Shown here: positions 17,546 through 25,140 of the stretch, one piece after another
Layout: the number at the start of each line of letters is the position of its first letter
How positions within the stretch are numbered: the first letter of the stretch is position 1
Made by a program: the position numbers and the translations under genes
Assembly (NCBI GenBank): GCA_964625085.1
Contig: CAZVAJ010000004.1
Span: forward strand, 28,614 to 60,613
Direction of reading: 5' to 3'
From: Candidatus Micrarchaeota archaeon
GTDB lineage: Archaea; B1Sed10-29; JAJSAI01
DNA length: 32,000 nucleotides
Notes under the pieces: generated by a model
Seen by the model: the letters and a program-made list of their open reading frames with translations, nothing else
Told to the model about the DNA's origin: nothing
The model's database searches: none

Positions 17546-19096
17546 ATGGAGCTTACAGCAAAAAGAATGGACCTTCTCTCCGGTGGAAAAAAGATAATCG
17601 TATTGAACAACAAAGACGCGGAATTCTTTGACCTAAAACCAGTGGACAGGGTTAGAATATGGCATGATCACAAAAGCGTGATAGCAATAATAGACATTTC
17701 AGAAAAGTTTGTGAAAAAAGGAACTGCAGGCTGTTTTGAAGAAGTGTTCAAAAGCCTTGGGCTGAAAGAAAAGGACAAAATAAGGGTAGAGCCCGTGCCA
17801 AAACCAGAAACAGTAAACCTGATAAAAGCAAAAATGCAGGGCAGGACCCTCACAAGCCAGGAGATAGACAAGATAATAAAAGATGTTATGGAAGAAAAGC
17901 TTTCTGACATAGAACTGACCGCTTTCATGACAAGCGTCTACATCAGAGGGTTTAACGACGCGGAAACAGTAAGCCTGACAAAAAGCATAGTTAACTCCGG
18001 CACCACCCTAAAGCTGAACAAGGACATAATCTTAGACAAACACTGCATAGGAGGAGTGCCAGGAAACAGGACAACAATGCTGTTAGTACCAATAATAGCG
18101 GGATACGGCATGACAATCCCTAAAACAAGCAGCAGGGCAATCACAAGCCCTGCTGGAACTGCAGACGTGATGGAAGTACTGGCCCCTGTGTCACTAAAAG
18201 AAGAGGAAATAGAAGAAGTGGTGAAAAAAGCCAACGGGTGCATTACATGGGGCGGGGCAGTGAACCTGGCTGCTGCTGACGACAAGCTGATAAGAGTAAG
18301 AGTACCGCTAGGCCTTGATCCTCCTGGAGTACTCCTAGCATCAATAATGGCCAAGAAAAAAGCAGTTGGCGCAACGCATGTGTTAATAGACATACCCATA
18401 GGCAGGGGCGCGAAAATACCTGATGAAGAAAAAGCAAAAGAACTGGCCAGAGACTTCATGGAAATAGGAAGCCAGCTTGACATGAGCATCCACTGCATAA
18501 TAACACCAGGATATGACCCAGTAGGCTTTGCAGTAGGCCCGGCAATAGAAGCAAGAGAAATACTAAGGATACTAGAAGGAAAAAGAGTAAGCACTGACCT
18601 TAGAGATAAAGCAGTAATAATGAGCGGGAAACTCCTAAAAATGAGCGGCAAAACAAGTCAAGAAGAAGGGGAAAAAGCAGCTGAACATCTCATAAGCTCT
18701 GGGAAAGCGCTTGAGAAACTGAAAGAGATTATTGAACTTCAGGGAGGAGACCCAAAAGTCACATCAGACGATGTGCAGGTGGGAGATAAGCAGGTTACTG
18801 TAAAAGCGCATAAGAAAGGGAGGATACAGTACATTAACACAAGATCCATAACAGCTATAGCAAGAGCTGCTGGAGCTCCAAAATCAAAAGGGGCTGGAGT
18901 GTACATGCATGTTGAGAAAGGAGACAAGCTGAAAAGAGGACAGCCCTTGTTCACCATATACGCTGAAAGCGAACAAAAGATTGACGTGGCTCTTGATGTG
19001 ATGAACAGAATGCCGCCAGTAGAATTTGAAAAAGTAATACTAGAAGAACTGTCAACAGAGGAAGAACTGAAACCGTACATGCTTGAATTCCACTAA
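17546..19096 (+). CDS. deoA: AMP phosphorylase (archaeal thymidine-phosphorylase-family enzyme with N-terminal extension)
   Basis: About 516 aa. It has the N-terminal roughly 85-aa domain specific to AMPpase, then DKHCIGGVPGNRTT, SSRAITSPAGTAD, and a C-terminal pyrimidine-nucleoside-phosphorylase domain. ATG 17546 follows the DUF1805 stop. Confidence 0.9.
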   Translation: MELTAKRMDLLSGGKKIIVLNNKDAEFFDLKPVDRVRIWHDHKSVIAIIDISEKFVKKGTAGCFEEVFKSLGLKEKDKIRVEPVPKPETVNLIKAKMQGRTLTSQEIDKIIKDVMEEKLSDIELTAFMTSVYIRGFNDAETVSLTKSIVNSGTTLKLNKDIILDKHCIGGVPGNRTTMLLVPIIAGYGMTIPKTSSRAITSPAGTADVMEVLAPVSLKEEEIEEVVKKANGCITWGGAVNLAAADDKLIRVRVPLGLDPPGVLLASIMAKKKAVGATHVLIDIPIGRGAKIPDEEKAKELARDFMEIGSQLDMSIHCIITPGYDPVGFAVGPAIEAREILRILEGKRVSTDLRDKAVIMSGKLLKMSGKTSQEEGEKAAEHLISSGKALEKLKEIIELQGGDPKVTSDDVQVGDKQVTVKAHKKGRIQYINTRSITAIARAAGAPKSKGAGVYMHVEKGDKLKRGQPLFTIYAESEQKIDVALDVMNRMPPVEFEKVILEELSTEEELKPYMLEFH

Positions 19097-20190
19097 AAGA
19101 TTAGCTGTCCTTCTACCATTACATGAGAAACTTTTCTGTCCCCGAAAACAAGCTCCTTCAAGCCAGCTGCTTCTGACATGACCAAATCAGCATGCCAGCC
19201 CGGCTTAATCTTACCTGTCAGGGGAATCAGTCCAGGGGCACACAGCATTTCAAAAACCCTGCTAGTGCCATTGTTCTTTATTTTGTGAAGAAATCTTGCT
19301 TCTGCATGCAGGCTGACAGACTCGTTTATCACAGGCTCATCAGTACCCACAGCCAGCCTCTTGTTTTTTCCTTCTATACGTTCAATCAGGTGAATCGGAG
19401 GAGTCCTTGACCTAACGTTCTGGTTTGCTACAGGGCATACTGTAATCCACGATCTTCTGTCGCGAAGAGTGTACACGTCTCGCGCGGTAGTGTACGTGCA
19501 GTGCACTGCGATAGTCTTCTCTGAGAACACGCCCAAGTTGTCCAGGAATAAAACGCTGGTTCCCTTAAAACTGTTTTCAGATGCCGGAGCTTCTGCAACA
19601 TGAACTTGTATGCCTGCTTCTTTCTTTTCTGCCAGGCTGACGATCCTTCTTATTAGTTCCTCGCTTGTTTCTCTTTCATTAGCTATGCCAAAATCAGGAA
19701 CCGCCCTTGAGCCTTTCCCCAGAATCCTGAAAAGACGCTCATTCTCCCTCAGAGTACGGCGGTTCTTGACCGCGATCGCAAGTCTTGCCCTCATTCCTGA
19801 ATCCAAGTATCCTCTTGCTACAGGTTTTGCGTCAAGGCTCATGTTGCACGCTCTTATCACGCCTTCGCGCAGCATCATGCCGGCCATGCGGCGAACGTTA
19901 TTGTACAACTCTCTTCTGGTGATCTGTTTTTCAAGCAGGAACAACTGCCTGAAGTAGTCAGGATATTTCTTCCCTATGCCCAGCCCCATAAAGGAGTACA
20001 TGTGCGCATGAACGTGCGCATTACAAAAACCGGGAAAAACAGCCTTGGCAACGTGTCTTTCGTACCCGGCTGGGAAGGATCTTTTCTTTATCACGTCTGT
20101 TATAATCCCGTTCTCCACCAGAACAGTGCCCTTAAACGGCTTTTCGCCTGGAGAGTAGATCCTGCCGTACACAGCGTGTTCTTCCAGCAT
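19093..20190 (-). CDS. Amidohydrolase-superfamily enzyme (ATZ/TRZ-MtaD-like deaminase/chlorohydrolase)
   Basis: N-terminal metal motif PGFCNAHVHAH, internal HVAE, and C-terminal GTDE. The substrate cannot be assigned. Confidence 0.75.
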   Translation of the reverse strand: MLEEHAVYGRIYSPGEKPFKGTVLVENGIITDVIKKRSFPAGYERHVAKAVFPGFCNAHVHAHMYSFMGLGIGKKYPDYFRQLFLLEKQITRRELYNNVRRMAGMMLREGVIRACNMSLDAKPVARGYLDSGMRARLAIAVKNRRTLRENERLFRILGKGSRAVPDFGIANERETSEELIRRIVSLAEKKEAGIQVHVAEAPASENSFKGTSVLFLDNLGVFSEKTIAVHCTYTTARDVYTLRDRRSWITVCPVANQNVRSRTPPIHLIERIEGKNKRLAVGTDEPVINESVSLHAEARFLHKIKNNGTSRVFEMLCAPGLIPLTGKIKPGWHADLVMSEAAGLKELVFGDRKVSHVMVEGQLIF

Positions 20191-20196
20191 TCTAGC

Positions 20197-20787
20197 TCAC
20201 TTCTTGGATAATTCTTTCAGTAGTTCTGGAAAGCTCTCTGCATGAATGAACCTGATTCCCCACTTGTCAGCCCATTCCATTATTCCCTTGTCCCTGGAAA
20301 CAACTCCTGCGTCAAGCTCTTTTGCAAGAAATAGCACATCAAGATCCTCTTTAGAGTCTACGATTCCCTGCCGCATTATTATCTTGAAATTCTGCCTAAG
20401 CTCTCTAAGCACGATGTCATCAGGCCTGTTTTCCCCCTTCTTGAAAACTGCTTTCTCTGCTTCACGCAGGGCCTTGTTCATCCGGTCCCTTATTTCTGAA
20501 ATGTACTCGTAAACGAACTCGGCAGGAACCATCAGCTCCCTTCTAGAAGGGGACTTCTGAACCAACCGCGCGTCAAGCGTTTTTATGAGCTTTTCAGTGT
20601 ACCCTGACCTCTCGAGCATGCCTTTAAGTTCGTTCCATACTGCCGGGGGAGTGTAACAAGTTATGCTGTGCTTTCTAGCATTGCCCAATAATTTTACCAT
20701 CAGCTTAACGTGCTTCAAGTCAGCTTTTTTTGATTCTCCGACTCCTATAAAAGCACTGGTGTCAATAACAAACCTCTGCCGTTTCAT
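20197..20787 (-). CDS. HARP-type protein-only RNase P (PIN-like; formerly annotated as RNA ligase partner MJ_0950/UPF0278 family)
   Basis: 196 aa. N-terminal FVIDTSAF, then VPAEFVYEYISEIRDRMNKALREAE and RQGIVDSKEDLDVLFLAKELDAGVVSRDKGIMEWADKWGIRFI. These align closely with my recollection of Aquifex aeolicus Aq_880. Confidence 0.82.
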   Translation of the reverse strand: MKRQRFVIDTSAFIGVGESKKADLKHVKLMVKLLGNARKHSITCYTPPAVWNELKGMLERSGYTEKLIKTLDARLVQKSPSRRELMVPAEFVYEYISEIRDRMNKALREAEKAVFKKGENRPDDIVLRELRQNFKIIMRQGIVDSKEDLDVLFLAKELDAGVVSRDKGIMEWADKWGIRFIHAESFPELLKELSKK

Positions 20788-20863
20788 AAGAGAAAAAAAG
20801 GAAACAATGTATTAAAAACGTTCCAGTCAGAAGCCCTGCACCATAAGAAGAACAGAGGGTAAT

Positions 20864-20873
20864 GTTTTTAAAC
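20864..20873 (+). promoter_or_regulatory. TATA-like box (GTTTTTAAAC) for the 5S rRNA gene
   Basis: The box is centred about 27 nt upstream of the inferred 5S 5' end. The same GTTTTTAA core occurs upstream of the divergent HARP gene (20811-20819 on the minus strand) and at 8463-8472. Confidence 0.5.
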
Positions 20874-20894
20874 CATCTGGTGCAGAATATTCTT

Positions 20895-21014
20895 TGCTCG
20901 GCGGCCACAGCGGGCGGGAAACACCCGGTCTCTTTCCGAACCCGGAAGTTAAGCCGTCCAGCGATCTTGTGTGTACTGCCCTCTTGGGCGGGAAAGCAAG
21001 GACGCTGCCGAGCA
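20895..21014 (+). rRNA. 5S ribosomal RNA (archaeal type)
   Basis: The terminal helix pairs GCUCGGCGG with CUGCCGAGC. The conserved CCGAACCCGGAAGUUAAGC and GUACUGCC elements are present. About 120 nt. The ends are approximate to +/-2 nt. Confidence 0.95.
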
Positions 21015-21015
21015 C

Positions 21016-21020
21016 TTTTT
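21016..21020 (+). terminator. Oligo-T tract directly after the 5S rRNA (archaeal intrinsic terminator signal)
   Basis: A TTTTT run begins 2 nt after the 3' strand of the 5S terminal helix. Confidence 0.4.
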
Positions 21021-21023
21021 GCT

Positions 21024-21854
21024 TTACACCCCGTACTTTTTTTTCACTTGCTTCCAATCTGGAATAAGCTTAAGCCTGTCTTTCCTCAGCTTTTTGTACT
21101 CTTCCACAGTCAGCCCTGCTGCCTCTGCCCTTTTAGTGACAGCACGCGTAATTGCTTCAGGAGGTTCAAAAAATTCTTTTGCGTACTCTCTTATGCCCTT
21201 GTCCCAGTATTTTTTGGGGTTTTTCGTCTTTGCTATCTCCTGGACCAACTCTTTTTTGAGCTTTTCAAGCGCAGGGTTTTCAAGGGGACTGTACCCTGCA
21301 AACAGTTCGGAAAGCTCTTCCCCGACCACCTGTTCTTTCACTTGGGCATGAAGCTCCTCTGAACTTATGATGGCAGGCCCGTGAGAAGCAAAAGAACCGC
21401 CGCCCTCCTGGTTTTTTTCCTTCAGGAAATGGTCTGAAAGGCGTCTTACGCCGCTGGCCTTTTTTTCAGGCAGGCGTTTTTTAGTGATTATAATATAGTC
21501 AACATCGCTTTCTGGATGAGCGTAACCTCCTGCTCTGCTTCCACTAACAACAATCCCAATAAAATCTGGACCGAGCTCCTGCTTAAGCTTCTCGTGTAAT
21601 TCAGGAAGATCTTTTAGCATAAGTTTTATTGTCCGGCCTTTATCCCTGCTGAGGATTATAGGAAACTTTCTTGTTCTTCTTATCTCTAATTCGCTTTCAG
21701 CCCGCAGTTCATCTATCTTTTTTCGCACATCGTAGTACTCTTCAGGATTCTTGTACTTTCCAAGAGCAAGGTCTTTTTTGGCCTTGTTCTCGAGCAAGTC
21801 CAGTAAATGCTCCCGTACTTTCATCCCGAACGATTTTCTGGTTTTTTTACGCAT
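21024..21854 (-). CDS. Pol-beta-superfamily (minimal) nucleotidyltransferase-domain protein with helical extensions
   Basis: GIVVSGSRAGGYAHPESDVDYIIIT carries the GS...DxD signature. The start is placed at ATG 21854 (or 21824). The K/R-rich extension to 21962 is the alternative-frame reading of the upstream gene's Glu-rich tail. Confidence 0.65.
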   Translation of the reverse strand: MRKKTRKSFGMKVREHLLDLLENKAKKDLALGKYKNPEEYYDVRKKIDELRAESELEIRRTRKFPIILSRDKGRTIKLMLKDLPELHEKLKQELGPDFIGIVVSGSRAGGYAHPESDVDYIIITKKRLPEKKASGVRRLSDHFLKEKNQEGGGSFASHGPAIISSEELHAQVKEQVVGEELSELFAGYSPLENPALEKLKKELVQEIAKTKNPKKYWDKGIREYAKEFFEPPEAITRAVTKRAEAAGLTVEEYKKLRKDRLKLIPDWKQVKKKYGV

Positions 21855-21903
21855 AACCTCACGCGAACCATGCTCCCAAAAGAAGGAAGATTGGAAGGGG
21901 TTT

Positions 21904-23265
21904 TCAGAAGGGCTTGTATTCTTCCTCTTCTGGTGTTTCCTCTTCCTCTTCAGGCATTTCAAGCTCTTCAGGCTTTTTTCTCAAAAGCTTGAGAGAAGCT
22001 ATCAAAAGAACCAACACTACTACAACTATTCCTGCATACAGCAGCGTGTTGTCTGCTTTCGGAACTTCCTCTTCTTCTTCCCCTGTTTCATTAGGCTTGC
22101 TCAAAAGAAGCTCTGTCTTGCTGGCTTTGGGGTTCTCTGCTAGCACGCTCAGGTTGTATAACACTTTTTCTCCTGTTCTTAAGGCAATAGCCTGAGAGCT
22201 AAGCACTTCAGACAACTGCTTGGCATTGGCGTCCTTTATCAGATCATAACAGGCCTTCGCGTTTAGCAAAGTGTCTGCTGCTTCTGAGCCTGTTAGTGAA
22301 AGCGAGGCAGTAACATACTCTTTCGCGCACTTGTAGTACGCATCTTCCCGGATTTTTTTTCCGCTTTCTGTTTTATCCCTGTACATACAGTCTCCTGCGC
22401 TCTTGTATGCTGCACCTGCGTCCTCATACTTTCCAACCTGCTCGTAGATGTTTGCTGCTGCTGCATAGTGTTCCCAGCACTTTTGCATTTCAAGCGTTGT
22501 TTTAGGAGTCTTGTAGCAGCTTCCTGCTCCTGCAGAGTAGTCTGCTATTCTGCTTCCGCTTGTAACATCTATTGCTTTGCCAAAAGCCTGGTCGCATTTT
22601 TCAGGATCTCTTGAATAATCCCTGTAGCAGATTCCTGCTTTTGAATAGTTTTCAGCAGCTTGCGCAGGATATGTTTCTTTTATCAGGTCGCCTAGCGCTT
22701 CGTATACAGGACAAAGTTCCTTTCCGACCCTTCCAGCTTCTCCGTACGCTATTGCATGGTTATAGTACTCTAATGCTGTTGAAGGTTCATTGTTCTGCTC
22801 TGCCTCAACTGCTGCACCAAGAGCTGCTTTAAACGCGTTATCCTCATCTCCTGCGTCCCGGTAGCACTGAAAGGAAACAGAGTATGCTGAAACAGCATCA
22901 TTATGCATGGAAAGTCCTTTGTATAACTCTGCCGCGCTTAAAGCTTCATCGCCGCAGGACCTTGGCTTGTCAGCCCGGTAATACTGTGCTGCAAGCAGGT
23001 AATCCTGAGCAGCCTGCTCTTGCTCTCCTGCGTTAATCAGGTTCTCTGCTGCAAGAGAATAGTACTGCGCTGCTTGCGTGCTCTTACCATCATCCGCGTA
23101 GCATTCTGCAGCCTGCTCGTACGCTGCTGCTGCACTAGAGTAGTCTCCGACCGCGAGCGCGCTCTCTGCACTGTCTATATACTGAGAACATGCTGAAGCA
23201 GCAAAAGAAGCAGTCATGAACACTGCAATTAACAATGTGAAAGCGAGTGGGATTTTTCCTTTCAT
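21904..23265 (-). CDS. Cys-rich SNAP/TPR-like repeat surface protein (signal peptide, C-terminal TM anchor, acidic tail)
   Basis: N-terminal MKGKIPLAFTLLIAVFMTASFAASAC looks like a signal peptide, possibly with a lipobox Cys. Repeated A-x2-Y-x2-AA-x-CY-x-D-x-G helical hairpin motifs follow. There are 12 Cys. The C-terminus has a TM segment (LLYAGIVVVVLVLLIASL) and an EEEEE-rich tail. GGTGG SD precedes the start. Confidence 0.7.
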   Translation of the reverse strand: MKGKIPLAFTLLIAVFMTASFAASACSQYIDSAESALAVGDYSSAAAAYEQAAECYADDGKSTQAAQYYSLAAENLINAGEQEQAAQDYLLAAQYYRADKPRSCGDEALSAAELYKGLSMHNDAVSAYSVSFQCYRDAGDEDNAFKAALGAAVEAEQNNEPSTALEYYNHAIAYGEAGRVGKELCPVYEALGDLIKETYPAQAAENYSKAGICYRDYSRDPEKCDQAFGKAIDVTSGSRIADYSAGAGSCYKTPKTTLEMQKCWEHYAAAANIYEQVGKYEDAGAAYKSAGDCMYRDKTESGKKIREDAYYKCAKEYVTASLSLTGSEAADTLLNAKACYDLIKDANAKQLSEVLSSQAIALRTGEKVLYNLSVLAENPKASKTELLLSKPNETGEEEEEVPKADNTLLYAGIVVVVLVLLIASLKLLRKKPEELEMPEEEEETPEEEEYKPF

Positions 23266-23330
23266 TTTATACCACCGTACAGTAATTAAATCAACTCACG
23301 CAATGTTTTAAAAGGTTTCGCTGGATGAGA

Positions 23331-24191
23331 CTAGTAGTACGCTGACCTTATTGTGGAATAGATGTGCACACTGGAAAATAACAGGAACATCACTGCAGTA
23401 TATGGTGAGAACACCCCTCCTCCAAGCACTTCATAGTACATGTGAGGATCTTGTAGGATAAACCCGCTAACAGCAAGAAAAGACGCCAGAGTAACTGTTG
23501 ACAGCAGAACTACCCCTAGCAAAAACCGGTAGCAGTTTGACATAGGATGCTTATTCAAAGAAGCAGTTATAACTGCGGCAGAGAACAGTACAAAAAGCAG
23601 GGAGGTCACAATATTTTGGCCAAGCACCCTCCCGGACGCCGCGAATAGCATGTTTGCAACCGCGGACGCCATAACAGCCAGTAAGATAGCTCTTGCTAGA
23701 TTGCTAAAACCTTTAAAGAACAAGACCGAGCCCACTGCCGCAAACACAAACATGCCTGAAGTAAGCATGCCATAACCCAGCAGATCATAACCTAAGTACC
23801 CAAACAGGAACAGGATCAGGGACAGGGACAATAACAATCCTGCCAAAAAAACTTCCGTGTTCAGGGATAATGCTCCCTTCTCTTTTGTCCTTTGGGATAA
23901 CACTCCTGCTGCATTATACAAGTAGTATGAACAGACAACTCCTGCCAAGCCTGACAGAAACAGAAAGAACAGCAAGGCATGCGTCTCCGAGTATACTCCT
24001 CCAGAAAGAAGTATCAACGATGAACTTGAAACAGTCACTCCAAGAAGACTAACTGAAACCGCGGCCCATGCGCTGCTTTTCCCTATAATTGACCCCTTGA
24101 CTTGGAGGTAGAACATCAAAAAGAATATTGAAGTCGCAAGGATCATTCCAGACCCGAAAAGCCAAAGCAGTAATGCAGCAATATATTTCAT
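23331..24191 (-). CDS. Polytopic membrane protein (about 8 TM), unknown function
   Basis: 286 aa, almost entirely hydrophobic helices. GAGGTG SD is present, and only 3 nt separate it from the upstream stop. Confidence 0.7.
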   Translation of the reverse strand: MKYIAALLLWLFGSGMILATSIFFLMFYLQVKGSIIGKSSAWAAVSVSLLGVTVSSSSLILLSGGVYSETHALLFFLFLSGLAGVVCSYYLYNAAGVLSQRTKEKGALSLNTEVFLAGLLLSLSLILFLFGYLGYDLLGYGMLTSGMFVFAAVGSVLFFKGFSNLARAILLAVMASAVANMLFAASGRVLGQNIVTSLLFVLFSAAVITASLNKHPMSNCYRFLLGVVLLSTVTLASFLAVSGFILQDPHMYYEVLGGGVFSPYTAVMFLLFSSVHIYSTIRSAYY

Positions 24192-24194
24192 TTC

Positions 24195-24836
24195 CTACAC
24201 CTCAAAAATTTTATCCGCCATGCTCATCAAAAAATTTTTGATTCTTCCGCTCCCTGCAACAGGAACTGACAAAAGTATAACTATCGCTCCTTTCTTCCGG
24301 GTGTTTGACAAAAGCCGGTGTAAAAACTTCATTGTATCTTGTTCTGAGTTGTACACTGGGAGAACTGCGACAGAGTCAAACAACGCAATCACTCCTTTAT
24401 CCAGACTTCCGGAGATCTTCATCATAAGCTCATTCAAACTGGCAGGAGACTTTACCATGACAACATTCCTTCCAGGAGATTCCTTTGAACTGCTAAGCCC
24501 GGAAGCAGCATCAATAACCTTGAAGTTCTCCAGTATTTGGGGGTCTATAGAGGATGAGGGCCTTGAAAGGGAAACCAAAATTTTCTTAGCCTTTTTTTCT
24601 AGGAGGGTTGAAAGGACACTATTAAACGCAGAATTGTACTTGCCTATATCATTAATCACTACGAGTGCCACAAATCCTGGACGCGCATCTTGCAGCAGTC
24701 CGCTTGCAGAAAACTTTTCAACAGAAGATCTGAGGAAGTTCCCAACAACTTCTTCCTGACTCTGCATGCTCATTGTATCTGTAGGCACAAGCAAAAAAAG
24801 TGCAGAAAGTATAAAAAAGGTTCTGTTCTCTTTCAT
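24195..24836 (-). CDS. Membrane-anchored or secreted P-loop-less RecA/KaiC-like (DUF835-like) domain protein
   Basis: The start at ATG 24836 forms an ATGA overlap with the upstream gene. The N-terminal hydrophobic segment is FFILSALFLLVP. The body follows the KaiC-like strand/helix pattern (ILVSLSRP, VIDAAS, VMVKSPASLNEL, IALFDSVAVL, KFLHRL, AIVILLSVP) but has no GxxxxGK[ST]. Confidence 0.55.
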   Translation of the reverse strand: MKENRTFFILSALFLLVPTDTMSMQSQEEVVGNFLRSSVEKFSASGLLQDARPGFVALVVINDIGKYNSAFNSVLSTLLEKKAKKILVSLSRPSSSIDPQILENFKVIDAASGLSSSKESPGRNVVMVKSPASLNELMMKISGSLDKGVIALFDSVAVLPVYNSEQDTMKFLHRLLSNTRKKGAIVILLSVPVAGSGRIKNFLMSMADKIFEV

Positions 24837-25075
24837 TTCTTGCTTTTTTTGCCGGGCTTTATGAAAACGTCTGCAACTATCTTGGCAACCAGCACCAAAA
24901 TAAGAAGGTACATGGGATACCACCACAGGTCAGTTTTAGGCGGAATTGTGTTTGTTATTGCCAGCGTGTACCACTGTCCTGCAACAAACATGAACAGGGT
25001 GTACCCCACAAAAAACAGCAGCATGTCTTTTATTGCAACCCACACGTCCTTTACTTCTGGTCCGATTATTGCCAT
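24833..25075 (-). CDS. Small membrane protein (80 aa, 2 TM, basic C-terminus)
   Basis: It is the first gene of the minus-strand cluster. A TATA-like ATTATAAT lies about 30 nt upstream, and the stop overlaps the next start. Confidence 0.55.
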   Translation of the reverse strand: MAIIGPEVKDVWVAIKDMLLFFVGYTLFMFVAGQWYTLAITNTIPPKTDLWWYPMYLLILVLVAKIVADVFIKPGKKSKK

Positions 25076-25140
25076 GGTACTATTTTGAGGTTTGGGGGAT
25101 TATAATTGTTTCGAAACAGCTTTTAAGCCCTTCATGCCCT

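Noticed and set aside
17938-18651. A 237-aa minus-strand ORF, along with similar long antisense ORFs at 10184-10513, 10793-11191, 11385-11774, 14516-14866 and 27875-28339.
   Set aside because: Each lies entirely antisense to a gene with strong family motifs (AMP phosphorylase, MCM, presenilin, the BtrH-like protein, GlyRS). Their translations are low-complexity Ser/Leu/Pro-rich strings without motifs, which is typical of shadow ORFs.
20827-21362. Track ORFs 20827..21057 (-), 20862..21362 (+) and 20971..21351 (+).
   Set aside because: They run across the 5S rRNA gene or antisense to the nucleotidyltransferase gene. The 5S secondary-structure and sequence signature explains this DNA.
21855-21962. 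K/R-rich N-terminal extension of the nucleotidyltransferase ORF.
   Set aside because: It is the alternative-frame reading of the GAA/GAG-rich tail of the upstream gene. ATG 21854 lies beyond that gene's stop.
24837-24926. N-terminal extension (MVVSHVPSYFGAGCQDSC...) of the DUF835-like ORF.
   Set aside because: It overlaps the 80-aa membrane-protein gene. ATG 24836 gives an ATGA junction and a sensible signal/anchor N-terminus.
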